Below the pieces are notes generated by a model, which was given only the letters and a program-made list of their open reading frames with translations, was not told the origin of the DNA and did no database searches. 26,940 nucleotides of DNA from Bugula neritina (Eukaryota; Animalia; Bryozoa): NCBI GenBank assembly GCA_964035545.1, contig CAXIUT010000221.1:1-26940 (forward strand), given 5' to 3'. A program made the translations under genes and the position numbers. Below are positions 11,679-22,205 of this stretch, piece by piece; position 1 is the stretch's first letter; every line of letters begins with the position of its first letter.

Positions 11679-13403
11679 TCATAGAATGGTATTTCGATCA
11701 GTATTATCTGACATTAGTAAATATCTTTATAAAATCTTTTTTAATGGATATTTATTTTTCTTTGTTTTTATGCTAGCAAGTCCATCAGTTGAACTAAATT
11801 TCTTTTAAAGAATAGGTTCATATTTATTTTAACGATTTTATTGTTTTTAGTTGAATGTTGACATTTTACTGTTTGCTTTGAAAAAAGGACTTCTATCAAA
11901 TGTTTTCTTCTTGAAATGGCTACCAGAATGTGCAGAAAGATTTCTACTTTTGTTATCAAATTATTCAGATCGCTATGATGCTTTATCTTGATTAGAAAAT
12001 TGATGATTTTTAGGTTTCTATTTAATAAGATTTTTCTTCTATATTCCTGTAAAATACTAATTCGTATTGTATTTAGGATTCCAATAGGTAGATTTTGTTC
12101 TATTCAACTTCTATTTTTACCCTTTTTCTGATAATAGATCTAATTTACTGACAGATAGCGATTAACTTTCAATCATTCCAAGGTATACCTGCTCTTTCCT
12201 AATCAATTTATCAATAACTGTATTTTTTATTTGCAATTTCTTGTTACATTAAGCCTTTACCCTCAAGACCTCTTGTTTAAAATATTACTCACATCTAACC
12301 AATGATTAAGGATCTGTATTTTATCCTCCTTTTCTTATATACTAATTTTATTATCTTAGCTGTTAAATTTAAAGTTTAAAGTTCTCGATTTTTTGTTCAG
12401 ATATTTGCAAAGATTTTGTTAATTTAATATTATGTTAATTTTTATTTTATAATAACTAACATATCTATTCCCATTTCATTTATATCTAACTATATTATTG
12501 CTCTAAAGCCTACATATTTTATTTTAATTATTGATTCTCTCTTTTTTATTTACCATTTTCATATTATAGTTTTTTAAGCTAAATTTCTTTGTTATTTACT
12601 GTCTCAGAAAGACGATTTATTTCTTAATTGTTTAAGTTATTTTCATTTTATAATTCTTATACTTTTATATTCAACTAATCTATTATTTTTTTTGTGTTTG
12701 CATATTCTTAATTTATTTCTGATAAAACATTCTACTTCTACATCTATAAACTTTTTATCTTACGACTATTTTATTTATTTTGGATCTTCACTATTTCTTT
12801 AAGTTTTGAATTTTATAGGACGATTCTATCGATCTCATTTTCAATTTATTTTTCTTTAAGTTTAATATATTCCTTTTCCTTGCCAATATTATCAACAATA
12901 GCCAACAAATACGATTCTAAATTAGTTAAAATTTCTTTATTTTATTTTTGGAAATCTAAGATCTATGACCTAACTATCTCTCTTTCTTTTCTTAATTTTT
13001 TTATAACCATTTTCAGCAATTTTATCATTTTAAGCAACTACAATCTCCTTAATTTACCATTCAATGGATCTTGCAATTCGATATACAAAGACTATCCTGA
13101 TCCAATTTAACATTGTACCTTTTTATTAGTATATCTAACTTATATTTTATCTTTATTTGACTTATGAAGTTATGCCTTGGTAAAACTTTCACCCGAATTA
13201 CAACTATTTCTCACTTTATCTTTACTACCACATATCTAATTTATTTCTATAAATGAAGTTTATAGAAGATGATCAATTTGTCTACAGATATGCTAGCGAC
13301 TATGACGCTACCCATTTTCTGAGAGGTTTATTTATACTTTGCTGTTATTTGAATCGCTAAGAGAATATATCTAGAGGAGATTCTATTCTGTTTAGCCTTC
13401 CAT
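11679..13403 (-). CDS. Hypothetical Glu/Lys-rich coiled-coil protein (~574 aa)
   Basis: ATG at 13403 and TGA at 11681-11679 are in the same frame, and both ends translate cleanly. The middle was not read codon by codon, so introns are possible. Confidence 0.65.
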
Positions 13404-13540
13404 TTTCTATGAATTAATATATATTGTAATATAGAATAAAAATTGACCATTTAATTTTTTAAATATATATTCATCATACTAGTTTAATAAATCTAGCTTA
13501 TTTATATAATTAATATGATAAGTCATATAGTGATCATGTT

Positions 13541-15760
13541 TCATAGGTTATCAATAAGATCGTCAATGTCATAATTCAAATGCACCGACCAGAACTGCGC
13601 TGGTTCAAATGATTCAGCACTCTAAACTCTTTTCTCATCTTTTTCACTTTCTTTAGTATCGACATCTTTGATGTTCAAGTTGTCTTACAATTCTTTCGAA
13701 AGTTGCTAGACTAGATCTGGACTCCTGATGTCAATTGGTTCTGCTTAGGCTTAGTAGATTGCTCCTGGACATTTTTGCAAGAAACTCATATAATTGTTGA
13801 GAATGTTCTAGATTAGAAGATAGGTACATCTTTTTGGAATTCGATTTAGTGTTTAAGATCTTTTCTTAAAGAGTATCCTGCTAATGATTTTTTTGTATTA
13901 TAGATTTCCTTTTAGACAAATTTGTCATAAATAGTTACAAATTCTTCATCTAAATAAAAATAATAATACTTTAGACTAAAGCTTTAACTTGACTATTTTT
14001 CTCACTCTGTTCTCTAAGTTTGATAAACAAATTGATGATATGAGCAATATATCCTTTCCTTGTCTTATAAACTGAAGCTACACCGCGAAGCTAGACATCT
14101 TCTTTTGCTTCATTGACAATCCAGTTGAGAAGAGTGTTGTTGCTAAGTAGTCTGTTATTAAGAGGTGAGTTTTCAGGTTATTGAAGGGAAAGATCAATCA
14201 TCTTGATGACCTAGTTATGTAGTAAATTGTTCATGCTGTATTATTTTACCAGTTGGAATAACACTGAAAAGACATTTTATTTATCAGCTACAATACCTTT
14301 GGCTTAAAGGATGTTTTCTTTGACAATAAAATTCAAAATTTATATAATTTTTAATCTTCCAACACCTAATTTACCTTTACCTCTTCCTTTCTCTAATTTT
14401 TATAAACTTTTATCGACAAATCCACCCAAAAGTTCTCTAAAACTACTAACCACATTTTAATCTTAAGGCAAAGCAAAGGGAACATTAGTAAGATACATCA
14501 ATAAAATTGGAGCATTATAAACAGAAACATTCTATTCATCACATATGACGTTCTCAATGATAGCTGTAATGACAGCAAAGGTGAAAAAGGTCTCACTGAA
14601 TATCTAGTTTTTGTTTGGACCTTTAAGATTAGCAGCTACTTTTTATATTATCTAGCAAACGTAGGATGAGATATTGCTCATGGTCTGGATAGATTGATAA
14701 GTACACAAACATCTGAATCGGATGATAAAGCTAGTAATAATGATTTGAAGAGTTGTTCTCTTTAGGGTAGGCAAATAGTTGATTCAGTTGTGATTACTTT
14801 GATGAGGAACTAACCAACTGATCGTGATTAGGCGTGTTTGAGGATCGCTTCAGGCATTTTTTATTCGAATATGTATTTTAAAAGCTAGGCTGGTCTTTTT
14901 GTGAAAAGGTAGTTTAGGACTTTGCAGACATAACCAGCTAGTGTATAATTGACTTATCCTTTAAAGTAGGCCAAAAGGTTATGAATCAAAGGTGCAACTT
15001 CTTTTTGGGTTATCTTTTCAACTTGCCTTTTTTATTTGGTAATAATTTTTTTCATATTTTTTATGATTTTGACCTATTCCTATTAGGCTTCTTATTATTC
15101 AGCTTTTTCCTATTTTTATTAGACAGTTTATTTCTTTTCTTCTTATTAAGTGGCTTAATCTTTAGCTTCTTTTTCTACTACTGGTTCTTCTTCCTTAAGA
15201 GTCTAGAAGTTACCATCTTGACTTTATTTTGATTCTTCTTTAGTTTTTTATTCCTTAGAATCTACACTTTCTTCTTATGTTTTTTTCTAAGCCTTTTCCG
15301 GAGATTCTTTTTCCTTTTCTTTCTCTTCTTCATTTGATTAATTATCTTAGACTTCAATCTAGACTTCAACTTCTTCTTCCTCCATAACTCTTTATTAAAC
15401 ATAGATAGTTTTATCAGGTAAAAAGAAGTCCATAGCTATTGAACTGTCAATACATAGTAGATCACAGGCAGCTAAAGGATATCTAAATTTGAAAAGATTT
15501 GTACTTGTAGCTTCTTTTCTTGTCTTATGGATCACCTACAACTGTCAAAAACTCAACTAACTCTAGATATCTTTGATAGGTCATGCTAAATCTAAAAAGA
15601 AGTACAAATTGGTAACTTTAGCACTATTATTTTTGTATTAACTTGTGAATGACTATTCATCAAGTAGTCGTCCAACGGATACTCCTGGTTGGTCAAGCAA
15701 CTAGTTGAGCACTGAGTTGTTCTGGGATCGGAATTGATTGAAAAGAGATGCAAAATTCAT
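13541..15760 (-). CDS. SIT4-associated protein / PP6 regulatory subunit, SAPS domain (~705 aa)
   Basis: LNELLDQPGVSVGRLLDEE, RSYKYPLAACDLL, VNYTLAGYVCKVLNYL, LGVGRLKI, NNLLHN, RKGYIAHI, and terminal AQFWS. Five introns (15586-15605, 15483-15504, 14685-14704, 13950-13969, 13808-13827) give an exact multiple of 3. Long E/K-rich insertion at ~15000-15400. Confidence 0.9.
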
Positions 15761-15834
15761 TACAGATGGCTGTTGATTGTTTAAAATATCAAATATTCTT
15801 AAAAATCAAATATTCTCAAATTTATTCATCAGAA

Positions 15835-15926
15835 GGGTTGGGGTTGGGGTTGGGGTTGGGGTTGGGGTTGGGGTTGGGGTTGGGGTTGGGGTTGGGGTTG
15901 GGGTTGGGGTTGGGGTTGGGGTTGGG
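15835..15926 (+). repeat. Internal telomere tract 1, (GGGGTT)n, right-end orientation
   Basis: About 92 nt of perfect T2G4 repeats. Confidence 0.97.
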
Positions 15927-16775
15927 AAAAATGAGAAGTAGCATCAAATGTTTCAGAAATAAAGAGACCATCGCTACCCTTAGTAGTTGATGCATATTGT
16001 TAGGATATATTAATGAATTTTTACTTGATTTTGCCGCATAGATTCAAAGCACCTTCGATCTCTTGTTCAGGATTGTTTGTTTCAACTGATGTACTAATAA
16101 TAGCAACATATAATCCTTGTTTGGGGTTGGGGTTGGGGTTGGGGTTGGGGTTGGGGTTGGGGTTGGGGTTGGGGTTGGGGTTGGGGTTGGGGTTGGGGTT
16201 GGGAGTTGAGGTAAGATGATTTGAACAGATGGAATGTTCTCTGTTCTAGGAATAGGATGGTCTAGAATGCAAATGCATCTTATGATTTTTTAAACAAATT
16301 TAACTCTTTCTTTTAGTACCTGAACGTAAAGCATATGTTGGATGACAAATTACAGTTTTACATTTAGCAATGCCTTCAGGTCTCTTAACTCCGATAACTT
16401 TACCATCTTCAAATAGAATATAATTGATATCTGTGTTCAACATCAATAGCTAAATATCAAGATATTTACTAACTCTAGTTTTGAGCAATACTTTAACTAG
16501 TTTCCCTCCGTACATGATATATTTAGGTGTAAGATCAATATTCCAATCTCTATTATGTCCAAGATCTTTGCTAGGTTCCTCTTTATCTCTGTACAATTTC
16601 CACAAATTTGTTAGGTTAACTGATGCTCCTTATCCTCCATAAAAACCACTTCTATCAATATGGAGAACTTTCTTTCCTGAATCAATGAAGATATACCTTA
16701 TTGGGAGAGAAGACCAGAGAGGATGCACTCGATGAGACCTGTTCCGCAAACTACTACATAATATAATTACTCCAT
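15927..16775 (-). pseudogene. GDI: Rab GDP-dissociation inhibitor, disrupted as assembled
   Basis: [94 protein letters not shown]. 20-nt intron at 16677-16696. Lesions: a large internal deletion near 16450, a frameshift near 16318, a telomere tract at 16121-16203, and a 3' end that runs into tract 1. The family call is firm; true pseudogene status is uncertain. Confidence 0.85.
16121..16203 (+). repeat. Internal telomere tract 2, inside the Rab-GDI coding sequence
   Basis: About 83 nt of perfect T2G4 repeats flanked on both sides by collinear GDI coding sequence. Confidence 0.97.
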
Positions 16776-16985
16776 GAAAGATCTTATATAATCTGATTGT
16801 TTAAATATGGAATGAATAGAATAACTTGATAAAAAAACAATTGGTAAAGAAATATTTTAGATTGTATGATATTGATTTAATGATTTTTTTAACAATCACA
16901 TTTATCATAAATTGGTTAAAAAAAGTATTATCCATACTTGATAGTATGTTCAGATATCAAGATATTTTATTTTAAAAAGAAAATA

Positions 16986-18245
16986 ATGGGAAGCTCTCAT
17001 GACAAAAAGCCTTAACGGAAAACTCAATACACATAGAACGATGATTCCGATTCCGAAAGTTCAGAAGTTAGTGATAACTAGCAATCATTTGGAGGTGACA
17101 GTCTCTATTAGGTCAAGCCATCTGAAATGAAATCACAACTTCATAGACATATAGGAGTTTTAACTTATTATAATAAGTAGGGATAACTTGGAAAAGGTAC
17201 TGGAATACTAATTTCACCTAATTTGATTTTGACTTGTGCTCATAATATAGTCAATAGAAGAAATTAAGAATAATACTATGACTTCAAATTCTACCCGGGT
17301 CATCATGGAGATTTGAAAAACTTCTATGATATTGAAAAATATTTTTATCCTAATAGATATAAATCTAAAGGAGGTTATAAATATGATTATGCTTTGCTGA
17401 AATTAACAAAAAAGATAAATACTTAAAAATTTATTCCCCTTCATTCAGGATAGATGGAAATAAATAAAGATTTATAAATAGCTATTTTTGGCTATCCTGT
17501 AGATAAATATTCCAAATAAAATCCTAGAAGTGAATTATAAACAGTTAAGCAATGGGGACTAATCAAAAAAGGATTAGTTAAAGATATCGACAGAGAAGGT
17601 CGATTAGTTCATACGATATCAACTAAAAGTGGTCAAAGTGGTGCTCCAGTAATAGGAATCGTATAAAATAAACATTATTCTATAATTGGAGTTCATAAAG
17701 GAGGACATATTTCTCAAAATAGACTTGAAGGAAATGTAGGAAGAATTATTACAAATGATTTGTTAGAGATATTGTAAGAGTAAACTCTCCAACTTGAAGC
17801 CGAAATGTTTTATATTTACAAAGATGGATAATTGATTAAAAAAAATGATGATAAAAGTGGATAGATGAGTGAATTAATTAAACATTAAATTGATCAAAAA
17901 TAAAAAATTATTATAGAAAGATGTTATAATCTTGACCAAAATAATCCATAAACTTTCAATAGATTAGGTGCTGCACTAATAAAAATAAAAAAATATCAAG
18001 AAGCAATAAAATCTTTTAGAAAAGTTCTTGAAATAAATCCATAACATTCTCTTGCTTTAAATAACTTGGGTTTGGCACTTTTGAAAAAGAAAAAAACAAA
18101 TGAAGCGATAAAATATTTTAAAAAGGCAATTTAAATGAATTAGTTTTTTTCACATGCTTATAAAAATTTAGGAATAGCATATAACAGAATAAATTTAAAA
18201 GATGAGGCATAAAAATGTCTTAAAAAGGCTAAATAAATACAATGA
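16986..18245 (+). CDS. Trypsin-fold (V8/glutamyl endopeptidase-like) serine protease with 3 TPR repeats, copy 1 (419 aa)
   Basis: Intact and intronless. MGSS start; GKGTGILISPNLILTCAHN (His); YDYALLKL (Asp); IFGYP; STKSGQSGAP (Ser); IIGVHKGG; then TPRs such as ALNNLGLALLKKKKTNEAIKYFKKAIEMN. Confidence 0.92.
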
Positions 18246-18438
18246 TCACATATTTCAGATAATCTATCTATGTATCAACTTTATTTGTTATTATTCTAGA
18301 TAAAGAATCTTATTGCTATGATCTATTTTTTTAATAAAATAGTTTATTTGAATGATTTATTATTTATTATTGATTATACAATATCTATCTCTTGATATCT
18401 AATAAAAATTAAAAGATTTGATACTCACTGAAATATTC

Positions 18439-19758
18439 ATGGGAAATACTTGTAATCAATAAACATATTGTCAGGCAGGTGACTCTGATTAATAATCCTA
18501 AGATGATTTTTATAGTGATAACTAAGGTGATTTTTTCAGTGAAATTCTCTATCAAGTTCCTCAAAATTAAATGCAGGAGCAACTGTTTAGACATATTGGA
18601 GTTTTGACTTATTACAATAAAAAAATGCAACTCGGCAAAGGAACAGGCGCCCTGATCTCACCTAATCTGGTCCTAACTTGTGGCCATAATCTCTATGACA
18701 GAATAAAAGGATAACAATACTCGAATTTTCAATTTTATCCAGGCCATTCAGGAATTCTAAAAGAATTTTACGAAGTATAATCATTTTTTTTACCTGAATA
18801 ATACAAACCACGAATAACTATCAATATGATTACGCACTATTGAAGTTAAAATAAAAAGTCAATTCAACAGAATTCATTCCCTTAAATTCAGGTTAGATGT
18901 AGGTAAACAATGAAATAGAAATAGCTATATTCGGATATCCTGGAGATGAATACAAACAAAAAAGTGCCAGAAAGAATATGCTATCTGTCGATCTTTTTGA
19001 TTGATAAGAAAAGGGTTGGTATTGAAAACAAATTCAAAGGGAAATTGGTTCATCAAATATCGACTAAGAGAGGTCAGAGTGGTGCTCCAATCATCGGAAT
19101 AGATAAAAAAGATAAACTTGTTATCATTGGGATTCATAAAGGTAGAATTTTACAAAGAAATAACAGTTTTAAGGAAACGTTGGAAGAATGATTACTCCTT
19201 AACTATTAAAAATATTAAAAAATAAACAAAAAAACTTTAAGCCTAAAAATTTGAAATTTATGAAGAATAAGATATTTTTAAAAGAAGATAGAACAAATAA
19301 ACAGTATAAATATCAAGGAGACGAATGTCAAATGTTTTTTCTTTTAGTAAAGTAATCCTAAAACATATTTTAACAAGGGATATTAATATTATGAACAAAA
19401 TAACTATTAACAGGCAATAAAGTGGTATAAAAAAGCAATCAACTATGATCCATATTATGAAATTGCTTATAACAACTTAGGTATAATCTATGATAAGCTA
19501 CATAAGACAGAAGAGGCAATATTTTACTATAAATAGGCCATTAGAATAAATCCCTCTCTTACAGAGGTTCACAATAATTTAGGAAATGTATATAGAAAGA
19601 TATAAAAGATAGATGAGGCAATATAGTGTTATAAAAAAGCAATTAAGTTGGATCCTAGAAATTAAACTGCTTCTTCTAATTTGAAACTAATTTAAAAAAT
19701 CAAAGATAAAAGTATATTTGGATCATATTCTAGAAAAACAAGAGCTATTTCGATTTGA
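18439..19758 (+). CDS. Serine protease-TPR protein, copy 2 (several frameshifts as assembled)
   Basis: MGNTC start; LTCGHN; YDYALLKL; STKRGQSGAP; IIGIHKG; 3 TPRs (AYNNLGIIY, VHNNLGNVY). About 5-6 single-base slips between ~18805 and ~19350, mostly in homopolymer runs. Confidence 0.85.
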
Positions 19759-19990
19759 TTTATTTTTATTTCTTTTAAAACATATATATATTGATGAAAT
19801 ACCATTTTTTTATTCATAGATATTTTAAACTTATCATTAAGTAGAAAATATTATTAACTCTTCAATTTTTATATATTAAAGAGACTAATATTTAGTCATC
19901 ATAATTAATTATCTATGGATATAAATATATTTTATATCATTCAAAATAAGAATAGTTATTAATAAAGATAAATAATTCTTTAAGACATTC

Positions 19991-21466
19991 ATGGGAAATA
20001 CTTGTGGCTTATCAAATAAATAACCTCATCAAAAAGAAAACTCCTAAAATATTATAAATAAAACCAAATAAGATGATTATTGCAATTAGTATCTTTGCTA
20101 AGTGAAAAATAATCAAATGAAATCAAAAATATTTCGACAGATTGGTGTTCTAACTTACTTGAAAAAACAATAACAAGGAAAAGGAACTGGTTTTCTTATT
20201 TCGACTAATTTGGTATTAACTTGTGCCCATCATCTATATGATTTATCAAGAGGATAATATAACGAGAAGTTCCAATTTTATCCTGGCCACTCAGGACAGC
20301 TAAAATAATTTTATTAAGTTGAATCCTTTTTTATACCCCAGTAATATAAAATATCAAAGATTCTAAATATGATTATGCATTGTTGAAGTTGACTTAAAAA
20401 GTAGACATATAAAATGATATTCCTTTGAATTCTGATTAAAAGGATGTGAACAATTAATTGGATATAGCCATATTTGGATATCCTTAAGCTGGTTATATCT
20501 AGAATGTTCAAAATAATAGTGTATTTGTAAATTTATATGGATTGATTCGGAAGGGATTGATTATCAAAATAACTTAAAAAGGTTAATTAGTGCATCAAAT
20601 ATCAACTAAAAATGGTCAGAGTGGAGCACCTATCATAGTAATAGATAAAAATGGTAACTTTACTATAATAGGAATTCACAAAGGCAGACATGTTGAAAAC
20701 GATGGTGTTTAAGGTAATGTAGGAATATTAATAACTCCTGAATTGATATCAATTATGTAGAAATAAGCAAAAACAATGAAAGCAGACATGTTCAAAATAA
20801 ATAATAATAATAATGAAAATAATAATAAAATCAGATAATATTTAGTATATATAATTGATATACAATAGAAAAATAGATTAGAAAATGCTTTTTAATAGAA
20901 TCAAAATGATCCATAACTATATTTTGACCTAGGAATAGAACTGCATCGAATACATAAGTATGAATAGGCAATTACATGTTACTAAAAGGCAATATAAATA
21001 AATCCTCATTCATCATGGTTTTATTTTTGGTTAGGATATTCTTTTTTTAGCATAAAATAATATTAAAATGCTCTTAGATCTTATTAAAAAGCTATATAGA
21101 TAAAAGATAATGATGAAGATTCATATTATGGTTTAGGTAATACACTATATTAACTATCAAGATATGAAGAGGCAATCAAATCTTACTAAAAAGCTATTGA
21201 AATAAACCCCTATAATTCATAATTTTATCATAGTTTAGGTCTAGCTTTTAATAAGATAGATAAATATTGAGTAAGTTCTTAAATGTTATGATAGGATACT
21301 TTAGTTTGACTGTCGAAGTTAAAGTACTTCAGATAATTATAAGTAGAGTAATACTTTTGCTAAGATCGTGATCAAAGAAGAAACAAGTAAACAAAAAAAA
21401 TTAAAATAATAATTTGTTTATAAAAAATAGAAAGTCTTCTAGAAGATGGAATTTCCTTCGATTTGA
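19991..21466 (+). CDS. Serine protease-TPR protein, copy 3 (about 3 frameshifts as assembled)
   Basis: MGNTC start; LTCAHH; YDYALLKL; STKNGQSGAP; IIGIHKG; 4 TPRs (e.g. SYYGLGNTLYELSRYEEAIKSYEKAIEINP). Slips near 20070, 20350 and 21268. Ends with tcg att tga, as copy 2 does. Confidence 0.85.
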
Positions 21467-21566
21467 TATGATTTATTTGAAAACAAAATTATTATAAAAG
21501 ATAAATAGTTTACAATTTATTATTTTTTGATAATACCTAAAATAGTGAATAATTTTAACATCAATA

Positions 21567-22163
21567 ATGAAAGCATTGATGGTAAATTCCACCAGCAATC
21601 ACATAATAAAAGACAAGATGTGGGACTAACAATACATGAAACATCTACGCGAAGTCTAGAAAATAAACAATCGATAAGCCTAGCAAATATCCAAAGACAT
21701 CAAAACTTATAGAAGTATTAATGATTTACATCACAAACATAAACATTATTCTTTTTAATGGCAACATAAAAAACAAAATTAACAGCTATAGTAAAAAAAC
21801 TAAAAAATCAAAATAAAATCACAGAGATCAGACCATATATGAGGTTCAGACATCGATATCAGCCAATTAGCTCTTAGGCTGAGTAAAATAGAAGTAAAGA
21901 TAAGTAAGAAGGAGAAGATAGAAGGGGGTAGACTAGTCCACCGAAATCAAATTAGAAGAAAAGAAGTCGGTATGCTTTGCATTACCAATATCGCAAGAAA
22001 AGACAGGAATAAATCGATCATGAAAATATGAAATTACAAAAGGTATTCTATCACAACGAAGCACCTACCTCCTAAAATCAGACAAACTAGACTAGCAAAC
22101 CATACCGGCCACAGCATGGACATGCGTGGAATCGAATCCGACAAGCTGAAAGGTCCAGAGTGA
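21567..22163 (+). CDS. Hypothetical protein, possibly CFAP97/KIAA1430-domain ciliary protein
   Basis: KMWDEQYMKHLREV..and ALHYQYRKKRQEEIDHENMKLQK resemble the RKK..E.I..EN..L motif. Needs one frameshift near 21815 and probably an intron near 22043. The 3' end is uncertain. Confidence 0.45.
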
Positions 22164-22205
22164 TATTATCTTCAAATAAAATAAATAAAATTATCGAAGA
22201 AGAAG

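Noticed and set aside
15748-16219. ORF-track proteins with (GL)n repeats
   Set aside because: These are translations of GGGTTG telomere repeats, antisense to the real SAPS and GDI genes.
20060-21275. Euplotes-style programmed +1 frameshifting at TGA (aga-tga near 20071, tat-tga near 21268)
   Set aside because: These two slips fit, but others in the same genes occur well before a stop and would remove the catalytic Asp motif. Sequencing error explains all of them more simply.
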